Shown here in pieces: positions 39,277 through 51,446 of a stretch of 64,000 nt of DNA (the first letter of the stretch is position 1; each line of letters starts with the position of its first letter). Source of the DNA: Takakia lepidozioides. Its lineage: Eukaryota; Plantae; Bryophyta. Below the pieces are notes generated by a model. It was not told where the DNA came from. It was given only the letters and a program-made list of their open reading frames with translations, and searched no databases. Position numbers and translations under genes: made by a program. The stretch covers positions 33,170,001 to 33,234,000 of the forward strand of contig CM060731.1 of NCBI GenBank assembly GCA_030704615.1. The letters run 5' to 3'.

Positions 39277-42200
39277 ATGGCCTCCCAGGCCGTGGGCTCC
39301 CTTGACGCGGACTTCTTAAGTGAGGACCACCTTGTGCCATTTTCTTACGAGGTGGATGATGACGGTTTTGTGGTGGTGCATGAACACGTGCTCGCAACGC
39401 AATTTCGGTTGGAAAATGGAACTCTATTCCTCGAAAGGGAAGTGTACGATGCCAATGGAAATCTGCTATTCTTATGATCTGTCTTGCTGCAGTTGGAAAA
39501 CCGAGTGGTGGCTGCACTTGGGGAGTCAATGGCAGACTACAAAATCCAGATGGCTTTCCCCCGGATCATACAGGAGGCCTATATCAGGAGATGGAAGCTT
39601 GCTGTCTGGAACAACTATTTCTTCAGGGAGTTTGAGAGAGACAAAGGAATCTCCAGATCCTATGAATTCAAAAACCAGTACAACAGTGAGCAAGCAATGA
39701 AACGAGTGTTGTACAGGTGTGACCTCCAAGAATCAAATGTGGTACTAGAAGTGTATGTTTCAGTATTCTTGTGTCGTGTTTTCTATGGACAATTTCGAAT
39801 ATGCATGTTTTGAGGGAGGTGTGAAGGCTCTGGACGTACAGCCGAGCAACATTGCGTTAACACAAGCTTAAATCCCGGCTGCCACGAATGTGGTTTTTGT
39901 TTCACTTTTCTGTACCTGGGGTATCCAATGATGTCATTTCTGCATTTTAAAGTGAAAAAACCACAAGGCAAATCAACCTTGCGTCAACGCAACGTTGATG
40001 AAGGGGCAGGCTATGTAGGTCTTCCTGTGTTTTGGTACTGTTGTTTGCTGTCGTTTCCAGTTCCGCTACTGCCAGGATGAACATAAAGTCTGTTTGGAAT
40101 GAAGAGCTGTTTAGAGCTTACACTGTACCACCAAACAGCCTTGCGTTGACGCAACGTTGTTTGACGGTATGGATAGCTAGAAATGTTCTGCAGAAATGGC
40201 CCGATTTCCATAGAATTATAGGAAAGTAAAAGTTATCAAATACCATGGAAAGGTGTTTTCAGTAGAGGTATTCAACTTGCGTCAACGCAAGGTTGAATAT
40301 CCATACAAACAGATCTTCGGATGGGTGTTTTCTGGCACTGTTTTCCATTTTTATGTTCATGAAAACAACCTTGCATTGACGCAATGTTGAATTCCACTTG
40401 TCAATCACTGTCTTTTTTCATGCAACATTATCATATGTGGATCCGCCGATCTACTTTGCGTCAACGCAAGGTTGATTGGGGATTCAATTTTGTGCATACG
40501 ATGGATTATGATAATGGGCTTTCCCTCTCGTTAGTGCTCGTTGAAAGTGCAGTTCTCCACATTTGGTGTTTTCCTTTTCAGCTCGAATCAACATTGCGTC
40601 AACGCAAGGTTGATTCGGGCTGATAAATGTTAGTTTCGACGACTTGCTGATCTGCATTTGAATACCCTTCTCGTGAGGTGTGATCTGTGTGCTGTTCAGA
40701 TCGTATTACACTGGGTTTTGGGTGTGTGTGATTCAGGTACATGTATCATGTTCTCATACCGGGAAAGTACCTTAGAAATGACCCTGATTTCATCTACTCA
40801 TGGGCTGACCCCTCCAACGACAAGACAATGTACACGACTGGTATTGCCAGAGACTGGAGCAGGGCACACTTCAGAGACTGTGGATGGTACCTCGATCTGC
40901 CAAAATAGGACACACCATTCGATGAAGTGGTTTTGAGAAACCTTAACGACAACGCCGCGGCACTTGCCCCGCTTACTGACAAAGACATTCAGGACAGAAT
41001 CATTCAAGCTCTGGCTACAAAAGAGCCTGAGAAAACTGCTACTCCAAAACGGAAGGGGAAGATTGTCGGGGAAAGGGAAGAGTGCAGCTCCGCAGGAACA
41101 GGGCCCGTCAGAGGTATACAACCTTCTCCAACGAGGAGGGATAGGAGAACAGCGAGGGAGCAGCCTTTCGAGGCGAGATAACATTCATCCAGGGTTTTGG
41201 GCCAGTTCCATCGTAAGGTTGAAAGATGAAAGTTTTCTGGCAATAATGGAATCCATGAAGTCCACATTCAAAGGGGTACCATCGAAATCATGGGACATGC
41301 TTGTTTCGTTCCTTACTCAGGTAAGCACATATGTCTTAACTGTGGTATGAATGATATTGTTTTGGCAATTCGTTCTGGCTTGTCAACGGGATTGATTTCG
41401 TGTTGTATTTGGTTAGGCTTATGACATTATCTCTTGTTTTTTGTTACAGGTCACAAAAAGGCCAGATTGGGTGAATGGAGTTCAGCAGGCATACACGACT
41501 GACCTTGTGGTGCTGGACATTCTTGACGGTTGCCTGTCCCTGATGTGTTGCCTTCCAATGCAACCCCCACTTGGAACAAATTCCTTTCTAACTCGGGGGC
41601 TCTTCTTCTCATGCAGTCAAAGGACATGTCGGCACGGAGAACTCTTTTCAGCTACATGAAAGCTTCCGGGTTTCGTGTCATCAAAACTTAGACATGCATC
41701 AACACTCTGCCTCTTACGAAGGGCGAGTTCCCGGGGCAGAAAGTGAGTTGGTTCCTTTGAATTAAAGTTTCGTGGTTCTTAAGAAAGTGTCAAAAGAAGT
41801 GTATGTTTTTTTGCTCATGCTCTCTTCGTGATTTTTGGCAGACTCGGGTGTTCAAAGCTTTGTGCCTGGTGAGGGTGTGGAAGGACACTCTTCCTCCTGG
41901 TATTGCTGAGTTCCAGTTGAGGGACCTTGCAGCTCACATTGACCCCACCTGCGAGCCTGTGGAGGATGATGTAATCTTCAATTACGTGGACTCGGGCCGA
42001 ACTACGAAAAGGTCGACTGGTGTCCCTTGGAGAGGTGCCCGGGAGAAATCCCCGGCTTTCATGCAGACTTTGGTGGAGACATGCAGCCGTCACGGTGGAC
42101 AAGTGGTTGACTTGTCTATTGGCATAGGTGGGGCCCTGAACTCTGTATTTGAAATATGGGCAGTGGGCTTAGGGAAGCCCTGTTTTAATTTCTCGTTCCT

Positions 42201-42401
42201 CTTCGATTTGCATGAGCATCTTTTCATGCGTGCAAAAGCGCCGGAAGGCACTTCTTCGGCATGGAGGCTGATACAGAGCTCTTCTCAAGCGAGCTTCATC
42301 AGCTTGAGACGGACACAACATGTCCCCATCCACAGAGGCACCTCTGGAGGAGCCCGAAGCGCCTGAGGAGGATCTCGACGTGGACTCCGATTTTGAGTGT
42401 G
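39277..42401 (+). pseudogene. Beta-class (circularly permuted) N4-cytosine/N6-adenine DNA methyltransferase-like gene, spliced and decayed
   Basis: The reconstructed C-terminal domain from exons about 41450-41742, 41842-42127 and 42214-42401 reads TDLVVLDI(L)DG (motif IV position) ... PWRGAREKSPAFMQTLVETCSRHGGQVVDLSIGIG|ASFHACKSAGRHFFGMEADTELF. This matches the motif X-I-II pattern KPxxLxxxLI..S..G..VLDxFxGxGxT..A....GR..xGxExD. Stops, frameshifts and one dead acceptor site. Confidence 0.78.
39845..40614. repeat. Seven copies of the same 28-bp palindrome in the first intron of the methyltransferase-like gene
   Basis: Copies at about 39845, 39972, 40134, 40270, 40364, 40449 and 40587. Confidence 0.9.
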
Positions 42402-42579
42402 AGTAAGTTCAGCTTCTCGTCATTCAATATATGATGCATTTCCTTGTGTCATTCCCGTTTGACACTTGGTTGCTTACATGGCATATTTCTGGGTAATGAC
42501 ATCTACCACCATTCCTCTTCTTGCTTTCCAGAGTTCGGCACCAGTCATCGAATCAGTAGACACCTTTCGGTTTCCAAGG

Positions 42580-44620
42580 ATACTTGTCGCGTTAGACAGA
42601 GTGAGAAAACATCTAATCAACAACGGCAGATCCCCTGTGTTGAGATCTTGGAGAGGAGCAAGGAGGCATGCTTCTGACGATGAATAGGAAGAGGAGGCCA
42701 TGGAGGTCGGTCAGGATATAGCTTCAACAAATGGAGGGATTAATCGAGACCGTGTTGCCGGAATCGTAGGACAGCCTCACCGGACACATGGACAACTGGA
42801 CATGAATGTTGAGGTGCAGCACATGATCCAAGAGACCTTTCAGATCATAGACACACCTGAAATTGCAAAGGGGCCAGAAGTGGAGTTAGATGATATAGAT
42901 GTTCAATGTGACACGAACACCCTAGAAGAAGCCCATGACCCGATTGCGGGTGGGGACTCTCGCACTGATGATCCCATCTCATTGGAAGAGGCATGTCTAC
43001 CTTTATATGAAGGCTGTAAATCCTCTAAGCTTGTAGCCACCATGCTTATAATGAATCTATGTGCAACACATGGGGTTACAAATGGCTTTGCGGAGGAAAT
43101 GTTATCTTTGCTGCAGAAAACCTTTTTGCCACAACCAAATGTACTACCCACATCTTTCTACCATGCAAAGACCATGGTGAGCAAGCTTGGGCTTGCTTAT
43201 GAGAAGATCGATGCTTGTCCAAAGGGGTGTGTGTTGTTTAGGGGGGACTTGAAAACTTCAGAGAGTTGCCCCAAGTGTCAAAGCGCACGATTCAAAAAAT
43301 GTGGGGAGATCCAAGGTACCTATGAAGGTGCTTCGACATTTTTCTTTGATACCACGCCTTTTGCGTATGTATAAATGCTCTTCTATTGCAGAATTAATGG
43401 CCTGGCACAGTCCACTACAACATATCGCGGTAGTTATGACTGCCAAACCGTGGTAGTCATGGTTTTCTTGACTTTGACCATGACTGCACCATGTTTTTAT
43501 ATAAAATTGACCTCCCGCAGTCGTTCATACGACTACAGTCGTATGAACGACTATCTAAGTAGTCGTCTGTATGACTACATGGCTCCGGAATGGGCGAAAG
43601 GCTGGTCAACGATAATTGACCAGATTTAGCTCACCATTCATAGTAATTTCCATGACTACAATGTACATGGATGAGGTTACATAGTCATGATGACTACTGG
43701 GGATTTTGTAATTTGGTGTGTATAATACAATCAAAACACCATATGATCATATGAATGACTAATGGGTGTATTGGTTAGCAGATAGTGAACTATAACTTTT
43801 ATAATAAAGAGGTTGCAGGTTCAAACTCCTCTAAGTACAATCAAATGGATAAGATGGCCCTAGGGTTAGTAGGCGAGCTAGGAATAGCACGTGATACCCT
43901 AGATGGGCTGTCACGTGGTTTTTTTTAAATTATAAAATGCATTATGCCACGTGGCACAATGCGGTGCGACGCGACGCGACGTCTGACATATGTTTTTATT
44001 TTTTTTAGTTTTTTTTTTAATTTAACTTTTTTTTTAAATCAATTGCGTCTTGTCACGTGGTGCGGCAGCACCAACTGGAGTATGGTATATATGACTGCAG
44101 TGAGAGATATCACTTGGTTCATCTGACTGTAGTCATCTGGACCTACCATCCTGTACTCATTGTATTCACTTGGTTTGCACAACTTACATTCATAGAAGTC
44201 ATATGTATCGTTTATGACTGCAGAATAGTTATATATACAGTCGTAAATACCGCGATCTGTTGTAGTGGTCGGAATGCAAGCAACAATGGCCTTGTGCGCC
44301 ATGCAGCTGATTCAAAGGCTTGGAAACACATTGATGCTATCTGGCCCGACTTTGCAGGAGAGCCTCGCAATGTAAGGCTTGGTTTATCCTTCGATGGAGT
44401 CAACCCGTTTGGTGATAAGAACAATTGCTGGTCAACATGGCCAATGTTGACGCTGGTATACAACCTACCTTCGTGGCTCACTACAAAGAAGTTCTTTGTC
44501 ATGCTTACTCTCTTGATTCCAGGAAAGCAGTCAGTTACAAGTGAGCACATAGATGTGTGCTTAGCACCACTGATGGAGGAGTTACTTGTTTTGTGGAGGA
44601 GGGTTCGGGCATATGACATA
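42580..44620 (+). pseudogene. CACTA/En-Spm TnpD (Tnp2, Transposase_21) N-terminal half
   Basis: PLYEGCKSSKL, LPQPNVLPTSFY, YEKIDACPKGCVLF, CPKC. After removing the nested MITE the frame continues WHSRNA..HAADSKAWKHID..EPRNVRLGLSFDGVNPF..STWP..YNLP. Truncated at about 44620. Confidence 0.92.
43413..44267. mobile_element. Non-autonomous CACTA element nested in the Tnp2 gene
   Basis: 30-bp TIR CACTACAACA(T/G)ATCGCGGTA.. and 3-bp TSD GTC. Excision restores the Tnp2 frame. Confidence 0.93.
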
Positions 44621-45095
44621 TGCAGCTCAGTTCTTCTTCAATGAGATCCTTATGCGGCATAGGTGTCCTTGGGAGATACTAACGGATCAGGGCAAGGAAT
44701 TTTGTAACCAGCTCCTCACGGTGGTTTGCTTCAACTTTGGTGTCAAGCATTCCACCACCGCCCCATACTATCCCCGGACCAATGGCCTTACGGAACGCTT
44801 CAACCAAACTCTTTGCCGAATGTTGGAGAAGAATGGCGCACTTACCAGGGAGTGAGATACCTTTCTTCCCCCTATTCTCTTTGCTTATTGAACCGTCGTG
44901 CATGCTAGCACCAAGAAGACTCATTTTGAGTTGTTGTATGGTCGCAAGTGTGTTCCTCCTTTGCATTCTACCCCTCTTATCTCTACTGTTGCTGATCCGG
45001 TTGATCTTGAGACCTTTGTTGAGGATCTTCATGCTCGACATGCGGTGTCTATCCATGATGCCAAGACAAACATTGGTAAGGCTCAACTAACCCAG
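44620..45095 (+). pseudogene. Ty3/Gypsy integrase fragment
   Basis: ILTDQGKEF..STTAPYYPRTNGLTERFNQTL..HASTKKTHFELLYGR, the rve core D..E, with stops. Confidence 0.9.
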
Positions 45096-46031
45096 GCCCG
45101 GGGAGGGGAGGGGCAGCGGAGCGGGGGGCGGGCCGCGGCGACCGCGAGCCGCGCGGGAGCCGGGGGGGGGGGGGCCACGCAGGCAGGACCGAAGGGCTCG
45201 CATTAAACTCCGGGCCTTTTCTAGTGTGCGCCTAGTTCTAGTGTAGAACAGGAATATGGTATACCATAGTGCCATGTCATTATCGTCCTGAATTTTGAGA
45301 ATTGTTATCGTCCCCACATAACCACATCATTATCCATCATTTTTAAGTTGTCCGAGTGAACATATATATATAATCATTTTTGCGAATGTGCTGTAATATT
45401 AGTTTATTCCTTGCGTTCTTTAGTTGTTTCACATTCAATGTAAATGTTATGTCAAATTCTTTATAAGATACAACTCGTAATTACGTCAGCTCTAATTGAT
45501 TTTTTAATGTCATTAATTGATTAACATATGTTTGTTTTTAAATTATTATTATTTAAATTTTAAATTTATGTGAAGTGTAGGTTATCAAAGATGTATTGTA
45601 TTTTTTTTATTTAAAAGGGCAAAAAATAACTTTTGTAAAAGCATACCTAACTTATGGTGTCATTTCATGCTGAACAGCTGCTGCCTCTTTTTTGAAAGGT
45701 AAATAATTTTTAACGGCCGTAACCAAAGCAATGTAGTAGGATTAAGTAACTAATTGATCCAATACCCTCATTTTCTCATAAAAGCTTAAAGAGCCGACGT
45801 TGCCTAAATCCGACAAAAACCCATCCAATCGCATGCATGCATTAAGTTCTTACATTGTTCCTATTGTTTTTCAAATAAAATATATTTCCAATCAATAGAA
45901 ACATTGTTCGCAAAAGTTGTCGGTAGTACTGTGGACCAACACTTAGCCCAGTGATGTTACCCAAACAAAAAACAACCAAGTTGTAGCCAAGTAGTAATGG
46001 GCACGTATAATCTCAGAAGTGATGGTGAGTT

Positions 46032-46481
46032 TGTGAAGCCTTAAAACAAGCCTGAAGCATATATTCATTTCCTCTCAAGAAGCGAGGTTGCACAACAAAG
46101 GGGCGAGCGGAAAAAACAAGCAACGCGCGAGAGGAGGATCAAACACACGAATCAGGCACTAAACAGCTCTCATCCAAAGCTTGTACATCAAAATCACATA
46201 TACACCAACACCCGAGTACACCGCCCTGACCTTGTGTCAGGGCGCCGTCTTTATACAAAAAGCCCTAGCCGTAGTGGCCCACCGCGTCGCGAGGCATCAT
46301 AGGCCAAAGCCCACGGCGCTGCCTTGTGGCCCTAGATTTGATGAAGGGCCAGGATCAAGCCACCTAAATATCATTGTAACGGTTTAACGGCTTCATACGC
46401 CAAAAAAATATACTATGGATGTGCATCGCCGTTTCGGATGAAACGGGCTATTTTCCAGCTGAGCAAATATGGGGCTTTACA
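46032..46481 (-). mobile_element. Probable LTR remnant
   Basis: Bounded by the short inverted termini TGTGAAGCC..GGCTTTACA, with TATA-like TGTATAAA on the minus strand. No partner LTR or TSD found. Confidence 0.5.
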
Positions 46482-49400
46482 TCTGTGAAGCCTACCCCCA
46501 ACGAAAAACCTGAGCTCCGTGAAGGAAGACAAATAATTAGGAAAATATCACCCTCCACTGCTGGGTGAAAAACCTACCAAGGGAAAACCTGGCACCTGCA
46601 AGTTGGGCCGAGGACAAAACCCCTGGCTAGGAAAACCATGCAGGGAGTACAGATGGTGAGATGTCATAGAAATGTTCTAAGTCCTAGAGAGGTCAAGTCC
46701 GAGGACCCCAAGAGTCGTCAGCCGCAAACTAAAGACTAAGCCGCGGAGAAGAGAAGTGGAGTAAACTGAAGTAGATCGCTAAGAAGATCAAGACATCACC
46801 CCACCGTGCGCCCCTCCACATTGATACATGTGAGATAAAAAAACTAGCTCAGAATGCACCAAGTCTGTCAAGGAAACAGGTTCATTCCGCACTTCAATGT
46901 TAGAGCCTTGGGGAAGAATAAGAGCACGTCGTCCACGTAAAATCTGATAGATCAAGTATGGACCGTCGATCTTGAGCTTAGATTTGCATGCATGCTTGCC
47001 ATGCTGTAATCGAACGCACAGGTAACTGTTACCACTCAACGCATTGGTAACTCTACTTTGGACAGACCTCATGTTGTGCCACAGGTACATGTTACCACTC
47101 AACGCATTGGCAGCTCTACTTTGAATGGACCTGCTGTTGTGCCACAGGAAAGTCGCCGACCTGAAGACCACATTGTGAAGGAGGTACATGTTGCATCTTT
47201 AAGTAGAGAAGAGGCCATAGATGGATTTGTCAAGGCGTCCTTGCTGCTGACCTCGGATATTGTTGTGCCTCCGAAACCCGCACCTGTTCCATGCCCAGGA
47301 CTCACCTATCTAATGAAGTATGGCTTGCTGCCCGAGGGATTCCCTTCTCTGGATGATGCTTCTTTCCCGGACCGCCTTGTTGCACTTATTGGGAAATTCG
47401 AGTTTTCAGACCAAATGATAGGCACTGCCTTTGGTCAATGGTGGCTTAAGGCACGGGTATGTACACCTTCTTTCTGGTCCGCACCTTCTTTTACATGTTC
47501 CTTTCCTTCATGATGCGTGTCTCTACAATTTGTTTGAAGTTCCGAGCTGTAGTAAGTTTACTATGACTGCTGAAATGAACCTTGCATCTCGGGGGCCGTC
47601 CTGGAGTATGTCGTGAGCATATTGCTTAGTTGAATGAATGCCAACGTGTGTTTGCACATCACAACTATACCAAGGCATTGCTGGATTATGAACTCAAATT
47701 GGTTGCAGCTCAGTCTCAGTTGGAGGCTCGTAGAAGGCTGTTCGTGGATGAGAACATTGCAAAATGGGATAGAGAGCAATATGACGTCAAACAGGAGGGA
47801 GTCTGGGGCTGGTCCCCTCTGTACCAAATTATTACAGAAGGTGAGATCCCTGAGGTGTTGCCCATTATGTTCACACATGAAGAGGACGAAGCCGAGAGGT
47901 TGATGGTCAATCTGGTCTCAGCTCGGAAAATGCTCCACCTCCAAAGGTGCCGCTAATCATACGGATATTGCATCAGATTTGGATGTGTCAAGTTCACAAG
48001 AGATCACCTCTTTCCATTCCCCAAAACCTGGTTTTGGAAAGCCTACAACACCATCTTCTGAATACGCAGGATGGTCATGGTGCCCTCAGAAATGCCAGTG
48101 ACAACTTCCTCAAGATTGGATATTTTCTGTACGGTGCCGTGCCCCCATATGAGGAAGCCTGGATTATGGTGCAGGGGGCGGTTGCAGCCCTTGTGGGTGT
48201 GAGCAATGAGGACTGCGATGGAGTTGTTCATGAATTGGAAGAGTTCATGCGTGAGGTCCGCTGCAGACCTGTGCGTGACCTCGTTGTACTTAATCCGAGT
48301 GCCTCCAAGATGTTATGGTGTGGGAGTGCAACAAGTGAGGGTGCAGGGGCCAGGAAAAAATTCGTGCAAGACTTCATTCATATTCTGGGACATCGGGAGG
48401 AAGTCGACATTGGGATGGCTTCCTTGGCCACCAGGTCTGTATTGGCCTTACATTTTGCTGCGATATGCATATTAGATTGTCCTGCTTAGTAACAATGTTA
48501 ATGTGCTTGTTTTCACCTGTTTGCAAATGTCACTATAACATATACTAAATGCATTCATACTTCTGCATGTTCTTTAGATTACGGGGAATCCAGCATACAT
48601 GAGAACAGCCCGGCAAAGCCTGCATGATGTCCACATTGAGAGGCATGCAAGGGATGAGGCACGTTTCTCCAAACCTCCACATGAAGAGCGAAATTCGGGT
48701 ATCCTCGAACGTCAGTCACAAGACGCACGAGGTCCACCTCCCAACAATACGAACATGGGGGCACTCATCCTCGCTACTGATATGGCATGCTCAGGCATCA
48801 TTTCTGAAGACATGTCAATTATGCTGGTGGAACATGTGTTGCAGGATCCTCTCCTCCCTCAGCCCAAACACAACACTAATCCTGAATAACCATGTGATGA
48901 CATACACTGCCCAGAACCAGGTCCCATGACTCAACCTGAAATGCAACTAAACACCAGTCAAGTATTCCCTGACTTGTCTGGACCGCCTCCCCCTGTGGCG
49001 TCTTTTACTTCTGAACAAACCCTCTTTCACATGAGTGACTTCAACAGTCCTCCACCCCTTAGTACGCGATATCCGACTGATGAAGATGTCATTGTACATG
49101 CAGTAAGCAATGTCGGATCTTCCGTAACCCCAGCTAATTCACTGGTTAACCATGGGACAGAGCCTCCCACCGCCAATGTGATGGTTTTGGCAGTGCCTTC
49201 GCCCTTGCGTCCTTACCAGCTCCTATTTGTTGGTGATCATACTCCTCACAGTACAGAGGCTACTACACGATTTCAAGGTGATGTAGATGGCAGCGTGCGG
49301 GCATTCGATAAAAACGCAATCTCCGTCACTATTGCCAAACCCACTGCCATCCATACCACTGATGCTGCCAAGGCAAAGGATGCGCTTCCCCCACCAGCCC

Positions 49401-50274
49401 TTGCATGCCAGCGCAAGAAAACCATGTCCAGGTAACCAGTACCATTCTGCTTTTATTACTTTGAAGGTCTTCCCTCTCCCGATTCCATGTGCTGCATGTA
49501 CGTTCTGTAGTATGCATTCACACATTGTGCTCCTGGATGTGCAGGATACATGATGGCCTCGAAAATGTATTGTGAGTTCGAAGCCCATGCACCCTTATTT
49601 CCTGAATGATATGGTATACCTTCAATCCTTAGTTTACAAGTCCCCATTATGTGCATAATTATGTGGCCTCATTTTCACATCACATTCTCTGTGCCTTTTT
49701 TGCAGGCTCCGATGTGGTGCACTCGTCAAAAAAACCACTGACATATGGTTTTTGAAGGGCTCGGTGTTCCGGTGGTGCCTCTGAAACTAGAAGATGCAGA
49801 TGACTTGCAATCTAGAAGAGGCTGGATAAGTGATCGTCTCATGGACTTCTGGGTGTTAGCTAAACTGCTTTCTATTCCCGAAGATGTGTGCAATAAAATT
49901 CATGTGTTAGATAGCTTTACATGGATTTGCCTTTGCGATCATTGTGCCAAGTATGGCAATGGAGTGGAGTCTGTACGGACTTGGATGCAAAGAAGATTCC
50001 CTAACCTGAGTTCTGAGGGTGTTGAAGCCGTTATTGTGCCAATTGTGGTCAAGTGAGTTTCATGTGTAGCCATTACCCCTTCTGCTGAATGCGCCTTGCA
50101 ATCGCACTCTTGCATACAGAACTGGACTAACCTGCTCGTGTTTCCCTGTTCTGCAGCTTTCATTGGAGTGTGGTGATTTTGGAATGGACTCTCTACATTC
50201 ACTTGAATAGCATGAAAACCACACACAAGCACTGGAAGCCATTGTTTACTATGTTCTGGACCATGCTTAGAGAA

Positions 50275-51401
50275 GAGGGCATCAAAGGTATGAGCAGAAC
50301 CCGTGAGCAGATTCCCCCAAGCGTGAGCAGATTATTGATGCGGACCCTAAAAGCGGGGGAACAAGTGGGCCTATTGCCGTGGATACAAACTCCACTGCAA
50401 CGGCGTAATCTTCTCTCCATCGAACCGAAGACAAACAGACTCCATGACGACAATGTGGCATGAATGTCGATGAAAAACTGTCGCATGACTGTATCTATGA
50501 TGAACGTAAAAGGGAATGGATGAACATTGGATGAGTGTCGGATGAAAAATTGCCCAGATGAGTGAACCATGGATGACTGTAACAATATGTGCGTAGGGAT
50601 CCATGTGTTGTTGAGTTTAAACAAGTGTATTTTAATTTGGCGGAACTTAATTCTGGCCCAGAAGACCAGCCAGATTAAGTTGGCGTCAATGCCACCTTAA
50701 TCTGGCACATTCAAAGAAGAAAAAACAAAAAATATTAAAAAAAAAATTTTTGTTTTTTTTAATTTTTTGGAAAACTTGCAAATGAACCCAACCCCTGCTT
50801 TGCAAGCAAAAGACCTGGCGTTCACCCAGCATGGATTTCTGGTCACCTGGAGGAAGGACATGACAACAAATCATAAGCCAAGCAATTTGTAGATGCCATT
50901 CATCCCAAATAGCGCACCAGAAGACCAATCAGATTAAGGTATCGTTGACGACACCTTAATCTGGCACATTCGGGGAAAAATAATAATAATAATTTATTAT
51001 TATTATTATTATTATTATTTGAAAACTTGCAAATGAACCCAGCCCTTGCTTTGCAACAAAAGACCTGGCATTTACCCAGCATGGATTTTTGGTCACCTGG
51101 AAGAAGGACATGACAACGAATCATAAGCCGAGTAATTTGTAGATGCCATTCACCCCAAATAGCACACCAAAAGACCAGCCAGATTAAGGGCCAGATTAAG
51201 GTGTCGTTGAAAAAAATTATATATATATATTATTTTTATTTTTATTTTTGGAAAACTTGCAAATGAACCCAACCCCTGCTTTGCAAGCAAAAGAGCAATT
51301 TGTAGATGTCATTCATCCCAAATAGCACACCCAAAGACCAGCCAAATTAAGGTGTCGTTGACGACACCTTAATCTGGCACATTCGGGGAAAAATAAAATA
51401 A

Positions 51402-51446
<45 letters not shown>

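Larger units (their letters stand above)
29178..45232. mobile_element. 16-kb Mutator-like element (MULE) with multi-gene cargo
   Basis: About 120-bp imperfect TIRs beginning GGC(A/G)CACACTAGAAAAGGCCCGG..TTTAATGCGAG(T/C)CCTTCGGTCCTGCCTGCGTGGC. 9-bp TSD TAGTTTTAG (29169-29177) / TAGTTCTAG (45233-45241). A SWIM-DDE transposase lies next to the left TIR. Confidence 0.88.

Noticed and set aside
43760-43835. tRNA gene (GGTTCAAACTCC)
   Set aside because: Only a B-box-like motif inside a CACTA MITE, with no acceptor or anticodon stems.
29184-45226. CACTA element defined by CACTAG..CTAGTG ends
   Set aside because: There is no 3-bp TSD at those positions (ACA vs TGC). The inverted repeat extends 6 bp further out to a 9-bp TSD, which fits a MULE.
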